Below are positions 1 to 6,878 of a DNA stretch of 63,121 bases, in pieces. The position numbers were made by a program, and so were the translations under genes. Location of the stretch: the IMG/VR virus record IMGVR_UViG_3300032307_000691. One strand, given 5' to 3'. Source of the DNA: a virus (Duplodnaviria > Heunggongvirae > Uroviricota > Caudoviricetes). Position 1 is the stretch's first letter. Each line of letters starts with the position of its first letter. The notes under the pieces are model-generated. The model saw only the letters and a program-made list of their open reading frames with translations. It did no database searches and was not told the origin of the DNA.

Positions 1-56
1 CCAGAGCAGCTGATTTGTAATCAGCGGGTCGTTGGTTCGAATCCGACAGGAGGCTC
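1..56 (+). tRNA. tRNA-Thr(TGT), 5' truncated by window edge
   Basis: Anticodon arm GCTGA-TTTGTAA-TCAGC, T arm GGTTCGAATCC. Confidence 0.9.
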
Positions 57-62
57 AAATTT

Positions 63-136
63 GGTACGGTAGTTCAGTTGGTTAGAATATCGGCCTGTCA
101 CGCCGAGGGTCGCGGGTTCGAGTCCCGTCCGCACCG
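63..136 (+). tRNA. tRNA-Asp(GTC)
   Basis: Cloverleaf; anticodon loop CTGTCAC; GGTTCGAGTCC. Confidence 0.95.
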
Positions 137-137
137 C

Positions 138-415
138 AATGAGTAAGAGATACTCAGGAAGATTGGCTACATTCTGTAAAAAAGTAGTGGTGGTAAAAAA
201 ATCCTCGACCTTAATGAGGTATCGATTCGGACAAAACGGTTGCGAGGTCCTGCACCGCCGACGTATTGGGCTGACAGGTTTTTATGTGGTAAGACACTAA
301 TGAAAAAGACCCATTGAATGAGGTAACTATATGGGTTATCAGACAACAGTGGGGGATATGGTTCTCGAAACAGTGAGAGAAACCCGTTAAAATCTACTTA
401 TCGTAATCTCAGATA
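138..415 (+). ncRNA. Candidate structured ncRNA between tRNA-Asp and tRNA-Ser
   Basis: No long ORF; several hairpins (TGAGTA/TACTCA, GACCCAT/ATGGGTT); TATTGGGC (264) and GTAATCTCAG (403) are shared with the ends of the 5948-6752 RNA. Confidence 0.55.
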
Positions 416-423
416 GGGAAAAT

Positions 424-512
424 GGAGAGTTGGCAGAGCTGGTTGAACGCGGCGGTCTTGAAAACCGTTTTACTGAAAGGTAACGGGGGTTCGAATCCCT
501 CACTCTCCGCCA
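424..512 (+). tRNA. tRNA-Ser(TGA)
   Basis: Long variable arm, loop CTTGAAA, encoded CCA. Confidence 0.95.
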
Positions 513-526
513 CGATAATAGTAATT

Positions 527-598
527 GCTCGGTTCGGCTAACGGTTAGGCCATCCCCCTTTCACGGGGAAAATACGGGTTCGATTCCCGTACCGAGTA
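527..598 (+). tRNA. tRNA-Glu(TTC)
   Basis: TCCCC-CTTTCAC-GGGGA anticodon arm. Confidence 0.93.
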
Positions 599-614
599 CA
601 ACTAAATTTTGTAA

Positions 615-1712
615 ATGAAAATAATGGTTACCGGAGGTAATGGATTTATCGGTTCAAATCTGATAAAGAGATTACTTAATGAGGGATACAAGGTATCATC
701 ATTGGACAACTTATCTACCGGATTAAAAGAGTACGAAATAAATGGTTGTGATTATCATTATGGAGATATTGAAAATATCGACTTAATGGATAAGGATTTT
801 GATTTGGTGTTTCACTTAGCAGCATTAAGTAGAATTCAACCATCATTTGGAGACCCTCAGGAAACTTTTAGAGTTAATACAAGTGGAGTTCAATCCGTTT
901 GTGAGTGGGCAAAAAACAATAACATAAAACTTGTTTATGCCGGTTCGTCATCAAAATGGGGGGATTATTCTTTATCACCATACGCAACTTATAAAAAACT
1001 CGGGGAAGATATTATCAAAATGTATCGAACCGTTTATGGTTGTGATTTTGAAATTGCCAGGTTCTATAATGTCTATGGTCCACGTGAACTTGTTAATGAC
1101 AAGTGGGGAGCGTTAATTGGGATATGGAGATATCAAATTGAAAATAAATTACCTTTAACTATTGTTGGTGATGGAGAACAAACAAGAGATTTCACCCACG
1201 TCGATGATATTGTTGATGGATTAATTAAAATTGGTTTTGGTAATGAGAAACATGAAGATGCATGGGAACTTGGAACCGGAAAACCATACTCAATCAATGA
1301 AGTGTTTGAAATGTTTAATAAACACTTTGATGTAACAAAAACTTATTTACCTGACCAAAAAGGAAATTACCGAAAATCAAAACGAGTTAATGATGGTACG
1401 GTAAATCGTTTAGGTTGGGAACCGAAAGATAAACTTTATGAATACGTACAATCTCTAAAAGAAACCAATATGTTAGAAAGAATTCTCGCAATATATGAAG
1501 ATGAGCAATTACTCATCGCAGATGGATTTGACAGTGCCGTTATCGGAATTGATGAAAAATCAATGAGAATAATTTACTCTGTGACCAAGTGTTTACAAGT
1601 GTTAGAATCACAAGGAATGGAAATGGTTGAAGCCATTGAATACTTTGATTTTAATGTAAAAGACGCTTACGTTGGGGAGAAAACTCCGATATGGTGTGAA
1701 GATTTTTTTTAA
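615..1712 (+). CDS. NAD-dependent epimerase/dehydratase (extended SDR) fused to a C-terminal ~80-aa small phage domain
   Basis: VTGGNGFIGS Rossmann motif, YATYK catalytic motif, YNVYGP, RDFTHVDD; in-frame internal Met at 1470. Confidence 0.9.
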   Translation: MKIMVTGGNGFIGSNLIKRLLNEGYKVSSLDNLSTGLKEYEINGCDYHYGDIENIDLMDKDFDLVFHLAALSRIQPSFGDPQETFRVNTSGVQSVCEWAKNNNIKLVYAGSSSKWGDYSLSPYATYKKLGEDIIKMYRTVYGCDFEIARFYNVYGPRELVNDKWGALIGIWRYQIENKLPLTIVGDGEQTRDFTHVDDIVDGLIKIGFGNEKHEDAWELGTGKPYSINEVFEMFNKHFDVTKTYLPDQKGNYRKSKRVNDGTVNRLGWEPKDKLYEYVQSLKETNMLERILAIYEDEQLLIADGFDSAVIGIDEKSMRIIYSVTKCLQVLESQGMEMVEAIEYFDFNVKDAYVGEKTPIWCEDFF

Positions 1713-1740
1713 AAAATTTTCTTATTAAATAAATTTTTTG

Positions 1741-1748
1741 TATATTTG
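1741..1748 (+). promoter_or_regulatory. Bacteroidota-type -7 promoter element
   Basis: TATATTTG with an upstream TTTG-like element. Confidence 0.6.
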
Positions 1749-1766
1749 TATATACTTATTAAAACA

Positions 1767-1868
1767 ATGATGAACTTGGTATACATACAACAACCGTCAA
1801 ACAACCCACTAAGTGGTAATGGGAGAGGTACGTATTTATGTGGCCCAAGTTCGGAATTCATCTTGTAA
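1767..1868 (+). CDS. Putative 33-aa leader peptide (MMNLVYIQQPSNNPLSGNGRGTYLCGPSSEFIL)
   Basis: Manually translated short ORF between a promoter and a terminator. Confidence 0.4.
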   Translation: MMNLVYIQQPSNNPLSGNGRGTYLCGPSSEFIL

Positions 1869-1896
1869 GTTAGAAAAAAGAAACTTAGAATAGGGG

Positions 1897-1932
1897 AACC
1901 CGAACTTCAAAAAATGAAAGTTCGGGTTTTTT
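1897..1932 (+). terminator. Intrinsic terminator (possible attenuator)
   Basis: AACCCGAACTT...AAGTTCGGGTT stem followed by a T run. Confidence 0.8.
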
Positions 1933-1950
1933 ATTTTATGATTTCTTTCG

Positions 1951-1994
1951 TATATTTGTACAAGAGTTCAGATTCAACTGAATTTGTTCTTTGA
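1951..1994 (+). promoter_or_regulatory. Promoter -7 box plus boxA-like GTTCTTTGA ahead of tRNA operon
   Basis: TATATTTG at 1951; GTTCTTTGA at 1986. Confidence 0.6.
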
Positions 1995-2012
1995 CATACT
2001 GGTGAAAAAGAT

Positions 2013-2098
2013 GCCGCCTTGGTGAAACAGGTAGACACGAGGGACTTAAAATCCCTTGGGCAGTGATGCTCGTGCCGGTTCGATTCCGGCAGGCGGTA
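2013..2098 (+). tRNA. tRNA-Leu(TAA)
   Basis: Type II cloverleaf, loop CTTAAAA. Confidence 0.95.
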
Positions 2099-2100
2099 CA

Positions 2101-2300
2101 AAAAACAATTCCTTACAGAAGACGGATAAGCACCGTTGAAAGGAACCTTGGCTTCAAATGGGTCGCAACCATAAAGGAGTTTGAAATGCCCCAAGGGACT
2201 CTGTGATGGACCCTGCTCTGCAGTGCACTCGCAACAGGTGAACAGTAAACTATGTTCAGTAAAATCTACAACCACGGTTAGCGTGGAAGGTATTGTTTTT
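2101..2300 (+). ncRNA. Candidate ~200-nt multibranched ncRNA
   Basis: 5' AAAAACAATTCCTT pairs with 3' AAGGTATTGTTTTT; internal hairpins CCTTGG/CCAAGG, CCTG/CAGG, TGAACA/TGTTCA. Confidence 0.55.
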
Positions 2301-2306
2301 TTTAAT

Positions 2307-2380
2307 GTCTCCGTAGCTCAGCTGGATAGAGCAACGCACTTCTAATGCGTAGGTCATTGGTTCGAATCCAATCGGGGATA
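2307..2380 (+). tRNA. tRNA-Arg(TCT)
   Basis: Loop CTTCTAA, canonical D and T arms. Confidence 0.95.
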
Positions 2381-2384
2381 CTAA

Positions 2385-2520
2385 GATAGTGGTCACTCTT
2401 ACAATGAAAGTCGACAAAGTAGTTGTAAGGTTCATAGTGTTCAGCACCCTCGGCCAGTGCACTGATAAAACTCAGAAGAAGCCGTTAAGATTGGAGCGAG
2501 ATGGGTACTCCATCATTATC
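2385..2520 (+). ncRNA. Candidate ~136-nt structured ncRNA
   Basis: 9-bp closing helix GATAGTGGT/ATCATTATC; inner CTTACAAT/GTTGTAAG stem; T run after. Confidence 0.5.
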
Positions 2521-2527
2521 TTTTTAT

Positions 2528-2600
<73 letters not shown>

Positions 2601-2605
2601 CATAA

Positions 2606-2677
2606 TCCTCGATAGCTCAGCGGTAGAGCCCTCGACTGTTAATCGAGTGGTCGTTGGTTCGAATCCATCTCGGGGAG
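2606..2677 (+). tRNA. tRNA-Asn(GTT)
   Basis: CTCGA-CTGTTAA-TCGAG anticodon arm. Confidence 0.93.
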
Positions 2678-2682
2678 CAAAT

Positions 2683-2764
2683 TGCCAAAGTGGTGGAATG
2701 GTATACACGCTAGTCTTAGGAACTAGTGCTTCATGGCTTGTGGGTTCGAGTCCCACCTTTGGTA
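2683..2764 (+). tRNA. tRNA-Leu(TAG)
   Basis: CTAGT-CTTAGGA-ACTAG, long variable arm. Confidence 0.95.
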
Positions 2765-2770
2765 CAAAAT

Positions 2771-2876
2771 AGTCAGGTGGCGGAAGCTATCGGTAGAGTG
2801 ATGATTGATTGGAAGACATTAAGTTGACACCCACTCAATATGTAGCTTAATGCAGGTTCGAATCCTGTCCTGATTA
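2771..2876 (+). ncRNA. tRNA-like RNA with acceptor stem and T arm but no canonical D/anticodon arms
   Basis: AGTCAGG/CCTGATT acceptor, GCAGG-TTCGAAT-CCTGT T arm, long internal stem AAGCTA/TAGCTT and GAGTG/CACTC. Confidence 0.6.
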
Positions 2877-2938
2877 CAACCCGTCGAAAGCTCATGTTGG
2901 CCCGAGTGAGATGAAAACGCGGATATCGGGCCCCTTAT

Positions 2939-3021
2939 TGGAGGGCGCCGGAGATGGAGAGTCGGGGCGGTCTGTAAAACCGTTGACATTGTCTGAGTGG
3001 GTTCGAATCCCTCCCTTCCAA
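2939..3021 (+). tRNA. tRNA-Tyr(GTA), slightly non-canonical
   Basis: Loop CTGTAAA, variable arm, T-stem mismatch, no U8 in the best alignment. Confidence 0.8.
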
Positions 3022-3034
3022 CAAAAATATTATT

Positions 3035-3589
3035 ATGGGAACAAGAAGTAAAAAAATTTCAGAGATGTTATCAAACATAACACCTGAAATGAAAGAGAAA
3101 TGGAAACAAGAAAGAATTGAAAGTAAAAAGAAATTAACTCTCGAATATCAACTTGGTTACTATGTTGGTTTGGAGATTGTTCATAGATATCTACCAACTC
3201 TTTCCACTGATATGTTACAATCCCATACTGTGATTGAAGTTTCTGAAGAAGATACTTTAGAAAATGAGAGATTGGACACCGAGTGGTACGCAACAACAAG
3301 ATACGGTGGGGAATGGAACGGTACTGATGAAAACGGTGATAAAGATAAGTGGGAATTGTATCACCAACACAATAAGATGTTGGAGAGAAAATACCTACCA
3401 AATCCATTGGAGTGTTATATGAGTTTGTTGAATGTTCAAAACATGGATGAATTCAAAAAAGGTTTAAGGTTTGCGTTGTGGGATTGTGATATGTGTTCAT
3501 ACAACATTGAACCCGAGAACATAAAAATTTACGATGATGAACAAGGAATGTTTACAATCATCGAATTACAATTAGATTCAGTGGTGTAG
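3035..3589 (+). CDS. Hypothetical phage protein
   Basis: 184-aa ORF; stop codon lies inside the downstream tRNA. Confidence 0.75.
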   Translation: MGTRSKKISEMLSNITPEMKEKWKQERIESKKKLTLEYQLGYYVGLEIVHRYLPTLSTDMLQSHTVIEVSEEDTLENERLDTEWYATTRYGGEWNGTDENGDKDKWELYHQHNKMLERKYLPNPLECYMSLLNVQNMDEFKKGLRFALWDCDMCSYNIEPENIKIYDDEQGMFTIIELQLDSVV

Positions 3590-3653
3590 CTCAAATGGTG
3601 AGAGCAGGACTCTTATACAGTCAAGGTTATGGGTTCAAATCCCGTCATCACTA
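3580..3653 (+). tRNA. tRNA-Ile(TAT)
   Basis: AGTGGTG/CATCACT acceptor, loop CTTATAC, GGTTCAAATCC. Confidence 0.85.
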
Positions 3654-3667
3654 CAAAAAGAAAGAAT

Positions 3668-4354
3668 ATGAAGTACGTTTATAAAGGATTAATACTATTT
3701 GTAATCATTAGTGTTATAGGGATTTTAACAAGTTGGATGGTTTGGGGTAAAGAAGATGTGAAAATACCCACACCTGAAATTAAAGAAGAAGAAATTGTAG
3801 AAGATACAATTGTTGATGTGAAAGGTAAACGAGCATTGTTTATCGGTGATTCACACACCGCAAATCACGATTGGGGTTGGCAAGTTATCGTAGGTAAGAA
3901 AACAGGTATGGTACTTAAAAACACAGCAGTTGTTGGAAAACATTTACCATGGATGGTATCAGTTGCTAAACAAACCATTTCCCCATATTATGATTATTGT
4001 TTCATTTATGGTGGAGCAAATGACATCCACGGAAATCGAAATCCATACTTGGTTGTGAAAGATGTTCAGAAGATTGTTGAAATGTGTAACATGAATGGTG
4101 TGGAAGCAATTGTACTTACCGGGTTTAACGCTGAAGAATGTGTTAAACCAATAAGTGGTCAAGAGTTCTACCCAAAAGCATATACACGATATCAAAAGAT
4201 ATTGATGGACAGTATCCATGGAGCAACAGTTGTTGATAACAGAGTTGTTGTTAGAACTGATTGTGGTGATTGGACATGTCACATGAATCCCTCAGGACAC
4301 AAGAAAGTGGCAAATGCCGTCATAACCAAGATGAAGTTTAAAACCTATTATTAA
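3668..4354 (+). CDS. Membrane-anchored SGNH/GDSL hydrolase (esterase/deacetylase-like)
   Basis: N-terminal TM helix; IGDSHT, GGAND and DxxHMNPSGH blocks; start moved to MKYVYK to avoid the tRNA. Confidence 0.85.
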   Translation: MKYVYKGLILFVIISVIGILTSWMVWGKEDVKIPTPEIKEEEIVEDTIVDVKGKRALFIGDSHTANHDWGWQVIVGKKTGMVLKNTAVVGKHLPWMVSVAKQTISPYYDYCFIYGGANDIHGNRNPYLVVKDVQKIVEMCNMNGVEAIVLTGFNAEECVKPISGQEFYPKAYTRYQKILMDSIHGATVVDNRVVVRTDCGDWTCHMNPSGHKKVANAVITKMKFKTYY

Positions 4355-4359
4355 AATAG

Positions 4360-4433
4360 GGACCCTTAGCTCAGTTGGTTAGAGCATCGGACTCATAATC
4401 CGCAGGTCCACGGTTCGAGCCCGTGAGGGTCCA
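4360..4433 (+). tRNA. tRNA with CAT anticodon, Ile2 (lysidine)-type
   Basis: GGACCCTTAGCTCAG...GACTCATAATC pattern resembles enterobacterial ileX; G1-C72 excludes initiator. Confidence 0.8.
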
Positions 4434-4498
4434 CACATGTGGTCGTATCCTTAACTCCAAAACCCGAAAGGGGAATCGTTATGGGAGGGCCACTCCAA

Positions 4499-4571
4499 GC
4501 GAAAGTAGCTCAGTTGGTAGAGCATGACCTTGCCAAGGTCAGGGTCGCCGGTTCGAACCCGGTCTTTCGCT
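4499..4571 (+). tRNA. tRNA-Gly(GCC)
   Basis: TGACC-TTGCCAA-GGTCA. Confidence 0.95.
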
Positions 4572-4642
4572 CTGAGTAAACCTTAAAAAGGGCCCTTCCG
4601 TCTCCGCGTGAACGGCTAGCTGGGCCCGGGTTTACTCTTTTT

Positions 4643-4717
4643 GCGAATATCGTATAATGGTCATTACTCCTTCCTTCCAAGTAGGAGATGTCGGTTCGAT
4701 TCCGGCTATTCGCTCCA
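4643..4717 (+). tRNA. tRNA-Gly(TCC)
   Basis: Loop CTTCCAA, encoded CCA. Confidence 0.92.
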
Positions 4718-4834
4718 TAAGTGGCTCCGGGTTTAAGGTACAAGTACACCCTGGCGGATGACATTCAGAGTAGGTCATAAAACAACTCGAAACCTTTAAG
4801 TACCATGAATGGGAGGTCACTGCCCGTTCAAACT

Positions 4835-4905
4835 TGTCCCTTCGTCTAACGGCAGGACAGCTGATTTTGGTTCAGCTTGTGGTGGTTCGAATCCATCAGG
4901 GACAA
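4835..4905 (+). tRNA. tRNA-Gln(TTG)
   Basis: GCTGA-TTTTGGT-TCAGC. Confidence 0.93.
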
Positions 4906-4967
4906 CAAACAATAATCAACATTATGAAAAAAACATATGACTTCTTGTAGATTAATCTACAAGAAAA

Positions 4968-5186
4968 ATGAAAACAGAAAATTTAAAAACAACAACAAAC
5001 TCATCAGTTTACAATAAACTTCTTAGAAAGAAATTATCAAGTGATGAGGGACTTTGTTTTATCTGTGGACCTCACAGTGGTTGTAACTCTTGGAAAAGAT
5101 ACAAGGGGAAAAGAAATTGGAAGGGGTACAGAAAAACTCAATGGAAGGATACCCAAGTTGGTGAAGGGGTCAGTTTGCTAAACTGA
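4968..5186 (+). CDS. Small basic Cys/His protein typical of phage tRNA regions
   Basis: CxxCGPHxGCN...RKTQWK; stop lies inside tRNA-Ser. Confidence 0.65.
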   Translation: MKTENLKTTTNSSVYNKLLRKKLSSDEGLCFICGPHSGCNSWKRYKGKRNWKGYRKTQWKDTQVGEGVSLLN

Positions 5187-5230
5187 TAGGTCGGGTAACT
5201 GGCGCGAGGGTTCGAGCCCCTCTCCTTCCG
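5143..5230 (+). tRNA. tRNA-Ser(GCT)
   Basis: GGAAGGA/TCCTTCC acceptor, loop TTGCTAA, long variable arm. Confidence 0.93.
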
Positions 5231-5265
5231 CACATTAAAATAATACTTATGATAAACGAAAGGAT

Positions 5266-5727
5266 ATGAATAATTTTAAAACATTACACGGAACACCAGT
5301 ACCAGACATCATTAACTACATCAAAAATTACTTGAGCGAAAGAACTGAGGTAGATTTACTCGTTGGTTCAGATTCGCAATCATATAGTAATTCTAAAACG
5401 GTCTACGGGGTAGTTATTGCTTTGTACACAAAGGGTAAAGGGGCTCATGTGTTGTGTACAAAAGATTCTACCCCTTTTGAAAAAGATACATCAAATAGAT
5501 TGATGACCGAAGTATGGAAAGCAGTTGAGGTTGCCGAATTCTTACGTGAAAACGGTTTACCGAAAGTAAGTTTCATCGACATCGATTTGAATCCCGACCC
5601 GAAATACCGTTCAAACAAAGTTTTAAGACAAGCGGTCGGATTGGTTGAAGGTATGGGTTATAAGGTTAGATACAAACACAACGGTGCAATGATGACCTAC
5701 AGTGCCAACCACTTGGTAAGAATTTAA
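5266..5727 (+). CDS. RNase H-like YkuK family protein
   Basis: VGSDSQ, KGKGAH, RLMTEV, DIDLNPD motifs. Confidence 0.85.
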   Translation: MNNFKTLHGTPVPDIINYIKNYLSERTEVDLLVGSDSQSYSNSKTVYGVVIALYTKGKGAHVLCTKDSTPFEKDTSNRLMTEVWKAVEVAEFLRENGLPKVSFIDIDLNPDPKYRSNKVLRQAVGLVEGMGYKVRYKHNGAMMTYSANHLVRI

Positions 5728-5745
5728 AAAAAAATTTAAAAAATA

Positions 5746-5939
5746 TTTGTTATTTAAATTTTTCTTCTTATCTTTGTAAAACAATTCGGAAACGTCCGAT
5801 GAGTTCTTTGAAAGATTAAAAAAGTTTTTTTGAAAAAAATCAAAAAAATTTGGAGAAAAGAAATTTTCTTCTTATCTTTGTAAAAGATTTGAGAGTTAAG
5901 GTAACGAAACTTAAAAATCTAAAAACGATAGTTCTTTGA
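5746..5939 (+). promoter_or_regulatory. Tandem (P1/P2-like) Bacteroidota promoters, each followed by boxA-like GTTCTTTGA
   Basis: TTTG 5746/TATCTTTG 5769; TTTG 5849/TATCTTTG 5873; GTTCTTTGA at 5803 and 5931. Confidence 0.75.
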
Positions 5940-5947
5940 TTTAAAGA

Positions 5948-6752
5948 TATTGGGCGGTCTATAGTCCATAAAATAAACTGTGAAAGCAGTATAAAGTGAC
6001 TCATTTGGTTAAGTGGGTTGCGGTTTCCGCAAGGGAGCTCGAGTAGACAAGCGGGGTATCATTTGACCTTTAGTACCGAGGGTAACACTGTAGGGAAAGT
6101 GGTTGGGTGAACGGGGGATGTGGGTCCTTCGTTTGAGGTGGGAACACCAATAAGAATAACTCGTAGGGTTCATGCAAGAAACATGGTCATCCAACTATGT
6201 AATTGCGTAATTCAATACAATGGGAATCTTAAAACCGAAAGGTATGGTTGTGTACAGGTGGTGCTGTTACAATCCTTATCAAACATCTACCAAGGTGTTA
6301 GTTATGAAGGAGTCCAAAAGTATGGAGGCAGGGATGTCTCAGAGAGTAGTTCAGTATCGTGTTGTTCAAAAGATGGCATGGCTGGCTGTCGAGCCACTAC
6401 TTTCACAATCCACAGACCACAAAACTTTGTTATCTTTGGTTTAACAAACTTAAAAGCAATAAAGGAAAAGTGCTCGTCAGTCGTCGGAAACAGGTGACTA
6501 CTTAGTAATGAACTGTTCATTGCCGTAGAGGGTCCCAAGCCCGATACGATTTTTAAGAAAGTTCTCTAGTCCCGCAAGGATTAATTGGGGTGGCAACCTC
6601 GAAGAGTGACAAGTATTAAGAGAGTATTCGATGACTCAAGGATTGGTTAATCTAATTGACCGTCACTGGTTGGTACTTCTCAAAAGGAAGTGGATATGAA
6701 GGGAATCAAATAATCCTTCTAAAGTCAACTACTTAAACATGTAATCTCAGTG
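5948..6752 (+). ncRNA. Large (~805 nt) structured ncRNA, GOLLD-like by size and context
   Basis: GC-elevated; ends pair (TATTGGG/CTCAGTG); several GNRA hairpins (ACCGAAAGGT, CCGCAAGG, GGCAACC); tRNA-adjacent; T run after. Family not confirmed by covariance model. Confidence 0.65.
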
Positions 6753-6878
6753 TTTTTTTTCTTTGTTTATCAAAACAAAGTGGTGGAACTAAACGACCTC
6801 AAAAACCGTCAAGCCCTCTAAAAGGTTGGATAAGCATCTAACCTTTTTTTTATGCTCAAAAATTTATATCTTTATAAT

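Noticed and set aside
2455-2500. Hammerhead ribozyme
   Set aside because: CTGATAA is not followed by a proper stem II-GAAA core
4436-4495. Twister ribozyme
   Set aside because: TAACTCC...GGAG resembles P2, but the P4/L4 and pseudoknot elements are missing
4529-4537. TTGCCAA copy in the tRNA region
   Set aside because: It is the tRNA-Gly anticodon loop; the copies at ~56939 and ~62465 are in coding sequence and were also excluded from the count
4574-4637. Theta/HDV-like ribozyme at the tRNA-Gly 3' end
   Set aside because: Helices are simply nested, not in the P1-P2-P3-P1'-P2' double-pseudoknot order
6009-6538. ORFs 6009-6194, 6120-6497, 6220-6444, 6302-6538
   Set aside because: Overlapping, no motifs, atypical composition; they lie inside the structured RNA
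5948-6752. rRNA fragment or RNase P RNA
   Set aside because: No recognisable 16S/23S universal segments and no RNase P GAGGAAAGUC core; the rRNA-like feature is only the promoter/boxA layout
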